Source: Centroscyllium fabricii
Taxonomy: Eukaryota
NCBI GenBank assembly: GCA_051313645.2
Contig: JBNRSN020000012.1
Span: forward strand, 115,630,001-115,694,000
Direction: 5' to 3'
DNA: 64,000 bases
The notes below the pieces were generated by a model. That model saw only the letters and a list, made by a program, of their open reading frames with translations, did no database searches and was not told the DNA's origin. Below, in pieces: positions 25,073 to 37,069 of this stretch. The first letter of the stretch is position 1; each line of letters starts with the position of its first letter. Made by a program: the position numbers and the translations under genes.

Positions 25073-25320
25073 TGATGCGCTATCAATATCTCCAAAAGAC
25101 TAGAGGTTATACAAGTAACAAATAGGCTTTTATTCATTAAAGAATGAGAGCATGCCTCTGCTGATCAACTGGTCTAGGACTGAAGGGGGGTTGGGAAACA
25201 GTCACCTTTATACCTGGGTCTGAGGGAGGAGCCACAGGCGGAGTCAGCAGGGGCATGTCCAGCTAGGTTACATACAGCAGGTCAGAGTGAACTATAATAC
25301 AACAACAGTGGTTTACCACA
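25073..25320 (-). mobile_element. Solo LTR related to the Gypsy LTRs at 8600 and 12886
   Basis: TG...CA ends; shared ggagccacaggcggag and gtggtttaccaca; near-TSD CTCAC/CTTAC. Confidence 0.85.
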
Positions 25321-25393
25321 CTTACTAGCTTAACCAGTTGAATTATCATAGAAAACCTATGTTTTGATGTCAGTGTTTGTTTTTATTGGTCAG

Positions 25394-25540
25394 GCATTTT
25401 TTGAAGAAGATGACAGCAAAGAGTATATTTATAAAGAGCCCAAGCTAACTGGACTCTCAGAAATTTCCCAGAGGTTGTTGAAACTATACTCGGATAAATA
25501 TGGAGCAGAGAATGTGAAAATGATCCAAGATTCTAACAAG
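25394..25540 (+). CDS. DOCK10: DOCK10 exon [49 protein letters not shown]
   Basis: cag/.../gtaaag boundaries, 147 nt, phase 0-0; DOCK-D DHR2 motif [10 protein letters not shown]. Confidence 0.97.
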
Positions 25541-25844
25541 GTAAAGGCTGCAGTCACAACCCAAGCAGCTTTTGGATGAGTTAGTTAAAAAAAATATATA
25601 AAACCAGAGTAAAATAACAATAAGCAATTACAATTATATATATATATATATGTATCATACCTGCTATATCTTATCAATGAACAACTTAAAATTCTGAAAT
25701 TTTAAAATGAAAATAATTTTTAATTAAAGTATCACTAATTCTGAAACTGTTTTTGCATAAGTAGAAAAGAAACATCAGCAATTAACAATCTTATATATGA
25801 AGATTTGTGTTCTGCACCTCAGATGTGGTGTTCTTTTCACTCAG

Positions 25845-26055
25845 GTCAATCCCAAAGACTTGGACCCAAAGTTCGCCTATATCCAGGTTACTTATGTCAC
25901 ACCGTATTTTGATGAAAAAGAACTTGTTGAAAGGAGAACGGATTTTGAAAGACATCACAACATCAAACGTTTTGTGTTTGAAACCCCTTTTACGCTGTTT
26001 GGAAAAAAACATGGGGGAGTAGAAGAACAATGCAAGAGAAGGACAATCTTAACAA
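25845..26055 (+). CDS. DOCK10: DOCK10 exon [23 protein letters not shown]...FETPFT...[10 protein letters not shown]
   Basis: tcag/.../gtgtgt boundaries, 211 nt, phase 0-1. Confidence 0.96.
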
Positions 26056-26504
26056 GTGTGTAATAATTTTAAAATGAAGAGAACAAGCTCCTAAAGTTTA
26101 TCAACTTTGATCATTAACAGGATGCTCAATGTAAATTAAATAGTTTAAAACAAATAATCTATCATAGAATTTTCATATATTGACCAATCCAAATCTGTGA
26201 ATTAATCATCAAGCAAAAATGAATCAAAATGAAAAGAATTATACTTTGAGCTGTGTAGATCTGTTCTGTAGTTAAGGGGAAGGGGAGAATTTCTGCTCGA
26301 ACTTCGGCAGATCCGCAGAAACCCCATTTAGCTGTTTTTATGGTATTTCTCTGGGGATTCCACCAAAGTTACAACAGTAGGTTGTGCAATCACCACAGAA
26401 ATGTCAGATGATGGAGTTAATTCCACAGACAATGTCTGGAACCTAATAAGATGTGAATTAGAATATTACATCAGTTCTGTTCCCTAGCCACCGGCTCTGT
26501 TCCT

Positions 26505-27025
26505 CTCCCAGGTAGCTGTCTGGCCTCCCACATTCTACCCTATGTAAACTTGAGGTGATCCAAAACTCGACTGCCCGTGTCCTAACTTGCACCAAGTCCC
26601 GTTCACCTGTCGCTGTGCTCGCTGACTTAAGTGGCTCCTCAATTTAAAAATTCTCATCCTTGTTTTCAAATCCCTCCATGGCCTCGAACTTCCCTAGTTC
26701 TGTAATCTCCTCCATTCCCACAACCCCCCCGAGATATCTGTGCTCCTCTAATTCTAGCCTCTTGAGTATCTCCGATTTTAATTGTTCCAACATTGTGGCC
26801 ATGCCTTCAGCTGCCAAGCCCCGAAGCTCTGGAATTCCTTCACTCAACTTCTCTACCTCTCTTTCCTCCTTTAAGATGCTCCTTGCTCCTTAGTACCTGC
26901 CTCTTTTCTCCCCTAATATCTCCTATGTGGCTTGGCATCCAATTTTGTTTGATAATGCTACTGTGAAGTGCCTTGGGACATTTTACTACGTTAAAGGCAC
27001 TATATAAATATAAGTTGTTGTTGTT
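26505..27025 (+). mobile_element. L2-type LINE 3' fragment
   Basis: Degenerate GLPHSTL.KLEVIQNS.AR..KILILVFKSLHGL; (gtt)n tail. Confidence 0.8.
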
Positions 27026-27771
27026 GAAAGGCTTCAAAAGTCAATTGATAATATTCATGTTAGAGAGAAAAAATATCATCCATGTAAAACTAAGCTGCAT
27101 ACAGAGTTGGGACAATATTTTAACACAATTTAAGACAAAAACACAGAAGGGGGATACATTGGTCTCATTGCATTCACTTTTAGGGGGGAATTTGCATTCA
27201 CTTTTAGGGGGGAATTTGCATTGAGTGGACTAATTTTGGGTTGCAATTTCTCACACCCAATCTCATGTGGAAGAGCAACTTCCAAACGTTCAAGGCATCC
27301 ACTTGAAACACTTGCTTCACATCTCATGGGCTTATAACTAACATCGTTTTTGAATGATTAACTTTTTTTGGTGTTGTGTCGCCTTTTGTTTTGAAGTAGT
27401 TGGTCTACTTTTGCTGGTTTTCCAGGTTGGCACCTGTGATGTGTTAACACAGGCACTTCCAGCAGAGTTCACTAATTAATAATTAGGAGTGGGAACGGTG
27501 GCCAGGTTTTCCTCTTCCCTAGCATGGGGACACCCGAGGCCAATTTTAATGCCCCACTGCTGCCACAATAATAATGTTGGCTGACTCAACATAAGCCAAG
27601 GATTGAACCTCGGACCTTCATGATCTGTATAGCTCAGTGCCACAGCAGATGATGCATTTATTCATAATTGTATGATGATACTGTATTACCTTGCCGTAAT
27701 ACGTGCAAATAAGTGGAAATGCAGCTTTATTATCTTTTAATTTCAAAAGTATTCTTGGTTTGTTGATGCAG

Positions 27772-27962
27772 CTAGCCAGACATTTCCATACGTTAAGAAG
27801 CGAATTCAAGTTGTGAACCAGCAGAGCACAGAGCTGAATCCCATTGAGGTGGCAATTGATGAAATGACGAGGAAGGTTTCAGAACTAAATCACCTGTGCT
27901 GTATGAATGACGTGGACATGATTCGCCTGCAACTCAAACTACAGGGAAGTGTTAGTGCCAAG
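27772..27962 (+). CDS. DOCK10: DOCK10 exon (T)SQTFPYVKKRIQV...LNPIEVAIDEM...LQLKLQGSVSAK
   Basis: gcag/.../gtaagg boundaries, 191 nt, phase 1-0; absent from the ORF track (no ATG). Confidence 0.96.
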
Positions 27963-28055
27963 GTAAGGGTATTTTTGCAGAAATAAAAATATTTTTATTG
28001 TTTAGCTGTTAAACTTGACGATGTGATAGTATACACATTTCTCAATGAATTCTCT

Positions 28056-28803
28056 GGGGGAAAAATTGGGTTGCGCCCCATTTGGGGTGCTAACCTCGGT
28101 GGGGTGCTACTTTTAGCACCCCGAAAAAGTTAGCGCCAGTCCGCCGGAAATTGGGTTTTAGAGCCCCAAGTAGGAGTTGGGCGCTACTGCAGGCGCCCCA
28201 TCTCGTTCTTTGGGCGCTACCACTCAATTTCGGGCAACTGCGTGCCACAGCGCCACGCTCTGCAGAGCGCCATGCTGTGGTGCTGGAGGCCTCACTCCCC
28301 TTCTTAAAGCGCGGCACGGCCCGGAGCCCCGTTGGACTGCTGGGGCTCGGAATGCCGCCAAAGGAGCGCGGCACTCGAGGGAAGTGCCGGGCTCACGGAG
28401 CACAGCCAGCATTCCGCGGGGGGTCATCGGGGAAGGCCGGGGGCGGCAGAGGGGGCAGGTGCTGGCAGGCGGCCAGCAAGAAAAATGGCTGCCCGGCACC
28501 CCCCCCCTTTAAATAGCGCTGCCCCGGCTGCAAGTATGCTCCCCTGACCCTGTCAGTGACAGCGTCTAGTGGTACGTCAGCGGGCACGACTGAAGTGAAC
28601 AGCCGGGGCACGAGTGGGCCGCTGCGCATGGCAATGACGTCATCGGCGGTGGTGCGGTGCCACGGTGCGCTACCAGCTGCCGCTGCCGCCAGCACCCCGT
28701 TGAATATCGCGGGATGTGCCAGCCCAGGCGCGAGGTGCCTTGCGCCCCATTAACAGCCCTCTTGGGGCGCTAACGTCTCGCGCAAGCAACTGAATTTTCC
28801 CCC
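28056..28803 (+). mobile_element. MITE family B, copy 2
   Basis: GGGGGAAAAATTGGGTTGC...GCAACTGAATTTTCCCCC; interior homologous to the copies at 16164 and 55986. Confidence 0.85.
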
Positions 28804-29096
28804 CCCCTGTGTTTATACACAGTGAGAAATCTTATCCCATTTTACTGGAAAACAAAGTATACATTCCCAGTTAATTTTGGATAGATCTTGACCAACACGT
28901 TCCTGTACTTTATAACAAAGAAATATATACATTTCCACAGTATGGAATGTTTATTCACTACCTCTTGACTAGTAGAGAAGTGCATTATTTGTGAGAATAA
29001 CGAAAATACTTGTACTTATATAGTGTACACAGGATGCCCCAAAGCATGATGGGCATTACTGGAAAGACTGCATTTATTGCCCATCACTAGTTATCC

Positions 29097-29320
29097 CAAC
29101 AACAACAACTTGTATTTATATAGCACCTTTAACGTAGTAAAACGTCCCAGCGCACTTCACAGGAGTATTATAAGACAAAAAAGTTGACACCAAGCCACAT
29201 AAGGAGAAATTAAGGCAGGTGACCAAAAGCTTGGTCAAAGAGGTAGGTTTTAAGGAGCGTCTTAAAGGAGGAAAGAGAGATCACGTGGCAGAGAGATTTA
29301 GGCAGGGAATTCCAGAACTT
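29097..29320 (-). mobile_element. L2-type LINE tail
   Basis: (aac)n followed by ttgtatttatatagcacctttaacgtagtaaaacgtccc, the reverse complement of the 26940-27025 tail. Confidence 0.75.
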
Positions 29321-29547
29321 AGGTGGTGGTGGTGGGCCTTCTCACTGAACCACTAGAGTTCTTATGGTGATGGTATTCCCACAGTGGTGTTAGGTAGGGA
29401 ATTCCAGGATATTGACCCATTGGCGAAAAATGTCCAAGTCAAGATGACGTATGACTTGGAGGGCAGCTTGGAGGCGATGGTCTTCTAAAGGTATTGCTTC
29501 TCTTGTACTTCTCAATGGTAAAGATAGTAGGGGAGGGAGATGCTATT

Positions 29548-29708
29548 AATGTCTCATCCAGAAGATGGCACCTCAGACAGTACAGCATTCCTTGAGTACA
29601 CATGGAAGTATCAGCCTCGATTATGTGCTCATGTCTCTGGAGTGGGGATTGAACTCATGACCCTTTGAATAAGAGCAAGAGTGTGCTATCATTGAGCTGA
29701 GGCTGACA
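29548..29708 (-). mobile_element. DeuSINE 5' part (tRNA-like head + Deu domain)
   Basis: gtctcatccagaagatggcacctcagacagt...ctctggagtggggattgaactc resembles recalled SacSINE1/AmnSINE1. Confidence 0.6.
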
Positions 29709-30349
29709 GCCAAGTACTAAACTATCCGTGGTTACCATTACACTTCCCTTTCAGTCCTTCCATCTCATAGCTATGCACATGGAATCATGCTTCTGTGGCA
29801 GCAAGACAGCTGGCAATTTATGAAATAAATAAATACATCCTCACTATATGGAATCAGGCATCTTCGGCAGCAGGTCAGGCAGAAAATAAATAAAAATATG
29901 TTGCCTCAAAACATCAAATAGGTTTTCTGTGTCAGAGGGCCAGCTGGGAATTAATTAAGTAAATTAACATGTCCTGTAGAAATGCATATATGCTTCAGGG
30001 AGAATGGACCATCTACAAATTAATGAATTATGTAACTGGGGATATAATAGATTAAATCTGACTTGGAGGAGAGTGGGATAGCCATAAATGAATCAGTGAA
30101 TTAAATGAATGTAACCTGAGTAAATGGAATCTGGCTTCTAACAGGCCAAGATACAACTTGATAGCCTATGTTATGTATCTAATGTTGTAATGTCATGCAA
30201 TTTACTCTCCTCTCACTTTTTTTCATACAACTGATTAAGAAATTAAAACCCAAGTGACTCTCAGTTCAACATCAGTTCCTTCATAGAAAAAACGAACTGA
30301 AAAATCTGAGGTGAATCTTGCTGTGTCCAAGATAACCTTCAGAAATGTT

Positions 30350-31131
30350 GGGGGGATTTCGCCAGAACGGCAGGAACCTGGCGGGGATTGGTCTGGGCCG
30401 CCTCCGGCCCCGCCCACCCAAACAGCTGGGAAGGCCCGCAATTTTAGTTTAATTAGGTTGTTAAATCCACACCGGCGGCAGTGGGAGGTAATTAGGTCAA
30501 TCGAGTCGGGCTGCATCGGGGCTGTGAGCAGTTTGATTGACAGTTCCAGCACTGGTTGTTGACAGTTCCCATGGAAACACTCCACTGTGACATCACAGGG
30601 GAGTGGAACCAATGGGAACGGTCAAGTGCTGGTGACTGACAGGTGGGCAGGCGGGCTCAGAATTCTTGACAGCTCGCAGCAGCTGTGAGGAAATGTTCAG
30701 AACTGAGATTTCTCAACTCTGCTCACAGCTGCTGCAGCCACAGCGGAGTTGCTTACTCCTCTAAGATGTTGGAGGCATGCCAAGCATTTGGCAGCATGTC
30801 CTTCACACCTTGAAGGAGAAAGTTATAACCAGCGCTGTGCTCCCATTGGGTTTCACCCAGCGGGGTTTAAGGTGACGGTGTTAGGGCGGGAAACAGGACA
30901 AAATGGCTGAGGGCCCTTAAAATGGCCTTAAAGATGCCAATTAAGAGCCCTTAACGAGGTGACAACCCATCCCCGGCAGCCGGCGGCGGGAAGGTTTCGG
31001 GGCAGGGAATCTGGGCGGGGGAAATGAGAAAACGGCGGGGGGCAGGGGCGGGGGCAGGACCTGCTGGTTCCGCTATTTTGCCGGCTGGGCCGCCGGAAAC
31101 CCCGCCTCACGGGGACATGAAAATCCCCCCC
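30350..31131 (-). mobile_element. MITE family A, copy 2, followed by a P1 pseudo-LTR arm (31132-31205)
   Basis: Reverse complement of 4566-5400; G6 and C6-7 termini; GTT on both flanks. Confidence 0.88.
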
Positions 31132-31389
31132 GTTAACTCTGTTTCTCTCTCCATGGATGCTGCCTGGCCTGCTGAGTGTTTCCAGCATTTTCTGTTGTTG
31201 TTTCAGAATGGTCTTGTCGCACTAACTAGTAGGAGTGCACATGACGTTACCAGAATGCTGTGATACATGATAAACATGCATGCATAATAATCTTTTTGCT
31301 CAAAGATAACATTGCAAGATGCAAGCAAGCTAGTTGCTTTGGATCTGAGGACAAAATTTAAAGGCACAAATTTCAAAGTTACACACATT

Positions 31390-32183
31390 GGGCAGGATTT
31401 TCATTGAGGAGTCGGGTAGGAGGCGGGCCTACAACTTTCGGGGTTTTAATCTCGCCTCCATCGAGTTTTGGCCAACCCACATAATTTCAACTTGATTGAC
31501 CTTGTTGAGCCGGCCCAGCCAATTAAGGGCCACCCGGCAACAGGTGACGTCACAGATTGACATTTCATCTGTCAAGACCTTTTGCAGATGAAATATCAAT
31601 GTTTCACAGCTGTTTGAAACTGTCAAACACTGACAATCTGTACTCTAAGTTAATTCCTTCCTCTCAGGACGATTTAGAGATCTCCCCAGAACAGAAAGCT
31701 GAATGCTGCAAATTTTGACAGATCGCAGCCATTCTGCTTTCAGTGCCGGTGAGATGAGGGACTCCCGAGACCTGAAGGAAGGAAGGCTGTAAAGGTAAGT
31801 AAGACTTATTTAAACACTTTAAACATACCAAACACATTTACCTCTACACTCATGCACCCATCACTCACCTGAACACTGACATCTTGACCCCTCCAAGCCC
31901 AACGGCCTGCCTCGCTAACTTGGTGTGGTTTGGAGTCATCGGGAATCCCACATTTCACCAATGAAAATAGTGATTAGGCTAAAAACTGCCTGTTAACTAC
32001 CTGTTAACAGGCAGTTAATTGGCACTAATCCCCTTCCCGCCTCAGGGAGACGGGTTCCAGTGCGGGGCGGGTACCCGCCTCTTTGAAACTGGCATGGAAG
32101 CCGGTTGGGTGCGGGATGGGGTCGGGACCCCCGAATTCGGGGTTTTAAACTCCCACACTCCTCCAATCCTGACTCCATGGCCC
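31390..32183. mobile_element. Older GC-ended MITE-like element
   Basis: Starts gggcaggatttt and has GC-rich subterminal blocks; right end uncertain. Confidence 0.4.
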
Positions 32184-32779
32184 AATAAAGATCTAGCCCA
32201 TCAAGTGAAGCTGTGTTGAGACTAGAAGAACTGTTAGATATGTGGAACAGACATTCTGCAAAAGCAGTTACTGTGATATCAATTAACTCCTTCAAAAAAC
32301 AATTGAATAAATATTTGCTTAAATATTGGGAATTTAGGATATTTACGGATTAAGTGTAGACAAAGGTGATAATTGAATTGCAATGTTTCTGTGCTGTTGG
32401 GATCATACAAATGACATTTGTGGAAAGCAACTAGCCAGGTTTGAATGAAGAATGTCTCAGTGTGGACAGGGATGATAGAGTTTTGTTTGATTGTCTTTGG
32501 GGTCAGTGAGTAATTTTAAAGAGCTTTCCCCTTAGTTGATTAAATAAGTGAGATAGAACCTTGGTTAGGGGAGATTGTACATTGTTTCTGGAAGGAGTGA
32601 GTTTGATGGCCCATGCAGTCTTTTCTTGTTCTCTGCTTTTTTGTGTTAATCTAATGTAAACAATGATTTCAAGGGTTATAATGTGTTCATAACACTGCAC
32701 GTGTAATTCTTTTTTGTTTTTGTGCCAGTTTTACTGTTTTGCAGTGGTGCTCATTTAGTTATATCTTTGTTCTGCACAG

Positions 32780-32880
32780 GTAAACGCAGGGCCCATGGCT
32801 TATGCTTGGGCTTTTCTAGAGGAAAAGAATGCAAAAAAATATCCAGACAACCAAGTAAAACTCCTCAAAGAAATTTTCAG
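32780..32880 (+). CDS. DOCK10: DOCK10 exon VNAGPMAYAWAFLEEKNAKKYPDNQVKLLKEIF(R), containing the nucleotide-sensor Val
   Basis: acag/.../gtaagc boundaries, 101 nt, phase 0-2. Confidence 0.96.
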
Positions 32881-33365
32881 GTAAGCATTGTGGGAAGCTT
32901 AAGGTTAAACTATTAAAGATTAATTTTCCTGATTTAGAATATGAACCCACAGATTCCTTGCATCTACTCTTCTTTAAGATGGAAGTAATATGCAAACTGC
33001 GTGGTTGGAAAGTCTAGTCTATATAATTAAAAGTTTTATATCTTAACAGGCTTCTATTATTGCATGCCTTTTAAAAGCATCTTGCTTCAGAAGAGTTGCA
33101 CTTGAGGGTGTCGAACCTCAAAGCATCATGTGTCCATTGGACAAGAATTTCTAATTGCTGAATGCAGCAATTACAGGTTGAGCACCGGTAATCCGGCACC
33201 CGATGGTCCGGCACCTTCAGTGGTCTGGCATGAATCGAAACCGGCGGTCTTCAGTTTGCGGTGCAGCCGCTCGGTGGTGGCACCGTTTCCCCCGAAGGGT
33301 GGGCGAGTGCCGAAGGCATTGGGCATTTGGGTTGCTGCTTTTTTAGGGCTTGTAAGTGTTCTATC

Positions 33366-33884
33366 AATTCAATTCAATTCAATTCAAATTGCTTTATTCA
33401 AATGGCTTTATTGGCATGACAAGATACATCTTATGTTGCCAAAGCACAGAAAAAGGACATATACAATTGAACATACAAACGCATAACTAGACATAGTGAA
33501 TGGATAACGATGCAAACACATACATATATACCCGCATATAGATCTCATATGTTCTTATTAGCTTCAGCGGTGACTGTTGTCCCTCTGCTTATGGCAAGCT
33601 GTGATGTAGTTTGCCGTTAATTTTATACAGTCCCTCTGTTCCCCCAATAGATATGGGAGTTTTTGGTGGTCGTTCAAATTTTTGAATTCAGGGCATGTTT
33701 TTTAAATTTTGGGTAGAAATTCCCCCTTATGCCCTAATAGTTTTCGCAAGTTGTGAGGAAATGCAGCTCTGTCTCCACCACTCCCTGACTGCATTGGGAG
33801 CACAGCCTTTCCTCTCTGGGCAGCCAAGTCTTTCTGTGTCTGCCTTTTTCAATGGCTAGGCTGTGCTCACTAAGTCTATACATT
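33366..33884 (-). mobile_element. RTEX-type LINE 3' fragment
   Basis: YRLSEHSLAIEKGRHRKTWLPREERLCSQC..ETELHFLTTC zinc knuckle; (TTGAA)n tail; agtgttcta repeated on both sides. Confidence 0.85.
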
Positions 33885-34260
33885 GGAGTGTTCTACCCGC
33901 GCGCTCTGAGCCCCAGGGAGTGTTCTACCCGTGCGCTCCGGGCCCCGGGGAGTGTTCTACCCACGCGCTCTGAGCCCCGGGGAGTGTTCTACCCACGCGC
34001 TCTGAGCCCCGGGGAGTGTTCTACCCGCGCGCTCTGAGCCCCGGGGAGTGTTCTACCCGTGCGCTCTGAGCCCCGGGGAGTGTTCTACCCGCACGCTCTG
34101 AGCCCTGGGGAGTTTTCTACCTGCGCACTCTGAGCCCCAGGGAGTGTTCTACCCGCGCGCTCTGAGCCCCGGGGAGTGTTCTACCCGCGCGCTCTGAGCC
34201 CCGGGTAGTGTTCTACCCACGCGCTCCAAACCCCAGGGAGTGTTCTACCCGCGCGCTCCC
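33885..34260. repeat. 32-bp minisatellite (ggagtgttctacccgcgcgctctgagccccgg), about 12 copies
   Basis: Direct tandem copies. Confidence 0.97.
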
Positions 34261-34849
34261 CCGAACCTTCAGTGGTTCGGAATTTTCAGTGGTCCGGCAC
34301 CGGCCTGGCCCCGAGGTTGCCGGATTACTGGTGCTCAACCGGTATCTATTAAGTTGCCAACCAAATATCCAGAAAATATGAACAATTCAAAAAGTTGCAA
34401 ATGAATAATCAGAAGCAAGCTGAGCAATCAAGCCCCTCAATGTTATTCCAAAGTTACCATTCACAACCTAGAAAGTATTACAAAACTGCCCAATCAAATT
34501 GCTCAAACAATTTCTTCACACTATTTTCAACTATCATTTTTCTTCTTCATTGTATTTATCAGTCAGTGCATTAGTTTGGAAATAATCTTTGCAAACATAA
34601 AGAATACATCAAAAATGCCAAAATTCTGAAATGCTCACTGGGCTTACCCATAACTTTGGCTGTTCAGTGTTCGAAGTATCTGCAAGAAATTTCCATCAGA
34701 CAAGCCGACTCTATTTTCAAGAACCTGGATCATGAGTTAAGAATTTGACCCTGGCCAGAGTGTGGCTGGTTTCCAGCTTTTGTGGAGAAAGTATATAGGG
34801 GTAATTTTAACTTCTATCGTCAGATGAAAAATGGGTGATAGTGAACTAT

Positions 34850-35985
34850 GGGCGCGAAATTCGTGTGTGCACGAATTGGGGCGCTAAAATTGGCGCGGCG
34901 CAAAAATTAGCACCGGCAGTAAATTAGCGCTGGAGCGCCCGTTATTCACTTCTGTGCCGGCCTTGCAGTTTGCGGCGCTAATTCTAGCGTTGCACCGCCC
35001 AATTTCATGGCGCTAATTGCCGATTGCGGGCGCAGCGCTCCTTCAGCAACTTTTTGCTTTCCCATGAACTCTGGAGCCAGACAGGTCTTAAAAGGGGTAG
35101 GGGAAGCAGTGCATGATGTGTCGGCACCCCTCCCTCATCATCTCCCCGATCTCTGCCAATGCCCCTCATCTTCTCCCCGATCTCGACCGACCCCCCTCAT
35201 CATCGGCCGGATCTCGGGCCGCCCGACCCCCCTCATCATCTGCCCGATCTCGGGCCGCCCGAACCCCTCAGCAACTGGCCGATCTCAGGCTGCCCGAACC
35301 CCCTCAGCAACTGGCCGATCTCGGGCTGACCCCCCTCCCGCAGCAACTGGCCGATCTCGGGCTGACCCCCCTCCCGCAGCAACTGGCCGATCTTGGGCCG
35401 ACCCCCCTCCCGCAGCAACTGGCCGATCTCGGGCTGACACCCCTCCCGCAGCAACTGGCCGATCTCGGGCTGACCCCCCTTCCACAGCAACTGGCCGATC
35501 TCGGTCCGACCCCCCTCCTGCAGCATCTGGCCGATCTCGGGCTGACCCCCCACCGCAGCAACTGGCCGATCTCGGGCCGACCCCCTTCCCGCAGCATCTG
35601 GCCGATCTCGGGCTGACCACCCCCTCTCGGAGCAACTGGCTGACCTCGGGTCGAAGAGGCTACCAAGGAAAGGGACGGTCGCCCTTTTAGCAGCGCTGCA
35701 GCGGCCACTCAGACCCTCAGCAGCGCTTGCCAAATCTGGCGCTGGCAGCGCTGCGCCAGGGGGTCTGATGCAAAGGCGAATTTTCGGCACAGCCCAGCGG
35801 GCGGGCGTTACACCCGGATATGCACGACGATTGGTGATTGCAAATTAGCGCGCGCTAACAGCGCCGGCGCTAATCACTGGGTGAATCTTGGCCGCGGTGC
35901 TAAATTGGTTGCGCCCAGCGCTAAAATCTGTAGTGCCCATTTTTCGGCGCTAAACGGACGGCGCTAAGGTGCCAATTTTGTACCC
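34850..35985. mobile_element. Harbinger-type MITE nested in an older MITE (~34798-36066)
   Basis: TSD TAT; GGGCGCGAAATT/AATTTTGTACCC termini; many gcgctaa/ttagcgc motifs; host has an imperfect inverted repeat. Confidence 0.8.
35175..35650. repeat. ~36-bp minisatellite (cccctcccgcagcaactggccgatctcgggctgacc)
   Basis: Tandem copies; source of the periodic ORFs at 35007-35790. Confidence 0.95.
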
Positions 35986-36356
35986 TATGAGTCTGTTTTA
36001 CATTTCATCCGATATATTTTTTTCCATCATCCACTTTTTGTCTGGCGATGAAAGTTACTATCACCCTCTCTGTGTGCTTGATGTATCGGGCAAGTTGTAA
36101 TTTTCACTCTTCACCTGTGAAACTATAATATGCAGTGTGCACCACAGCAAACCATATCACAACACTCAGGTAGAAAAAGATGAGGGAATTCTACGTGTGG
36201 AGAAAGTTTGTGTGTGTGCGATGCATCATATGAATTTCAGTTTTCACCCTTGTGCTGCAGATCAACAATATCCAGACTATGACAACAAACCAGAAAATGT
36301 ACAAACAGGTTTTAATAAAGCTTTTGAAGGTGGAGAGAAAAGTAGAGATGTTGCAA

Positions 36357-36752
36357 CATAAGAAATAAGAGCAGGAGTAGACCATACTTTGGAATTCTCT
36401 ACCCCAGAAGGTTGTGGATACTCAGTCATTGAATATATTCAAGACAGAGATCGATGGATTTTTGAACACGATGGGAATCAAGGAATATGGGGAGGGGATG
36501 GGGAAGTGGATTGAGGTAGGAGATCAGCCATGACCTTACTAATGGCGGAGCAGGCTCAAGGGGCCATATGGCCTACTCCTGCTCCTATTTCATATGTTCT
36601 TATACGGCCCCTCGAGCCTGCTCCACCATTCAATAAGATCATGACTGATCTTCTACCTCAATAACACATTCCCGTCCTATTCCCATATCGCTTGATTCTC
36701 TTGGGTGTCCAAAAATCTATGGATCTCAGTCTTGAATATACTTAACAACTGG
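36357..36752. mobile_element. Plus-strand CR1 3' fragment (~36389-36603) inserted in a minus-strand CR1 tail
   Basis: cataagaaataagagcaggagtagaccatac | insert | acggcccctcgagcctgctcc rejoins as one CR1 tail. Confidence 0.8.
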
Positions 36753-37069
36753 GAAGGAGGGTTTAAGGGAGAGAGTTCCAGAGTAGACAGCCATTTTCTC
36801 CCCCAATGATGATGATGTGAAAAGAAGGATGCACCGATGCCAGAGTCGGAGGATCAGAGGGCGCTGGAGCAGATGCACCTTGGGCCATGTGACAAAAATC
36901 CAAATATTTTACAATATAAGCAAGTGGAAATAATTGGGTTGGGAGAGGAAAGGAAACAAACAAAATGACTTGCAGCATATGCAAGTTTTGTAAAGTGATA
37001 GGTAAATAGTGTAAGACTTGTACCTTTCAGTAACAACAAGGCAGCATAAAAAGGTAGATCCAGAATGTT

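Larger units (their letters stand above)
33174..34342. mobile_element. Tc1/mariner-type MITE (same family as 1294-1666, opposite orientation) with nested RTEX fragment and 32-bp array
   Basis: TA flanks; TIR CAGGTTGAGCACCGGTAATCCGGCA; subterminal sequence shared with the 1294 copy. Confidence 0.85.

Noticed and set aside
25364-26063. Assignment to DOCK9 or DOCK11
   Set aside because: YYxIHRSYLK, RLFGRYYRVAFYGQ, GKKHGGV, KVNAGPMAY, YPDNQVK and MNEQ fit recalled DOCK10 better; a phylogeny would confirm
35007-35790. Overlapping 116-227 aa ORFs with periodic sequence
   Set aside because: Artefacts of a stop-free 36-bp GC-rich minisatellite inside a MITE
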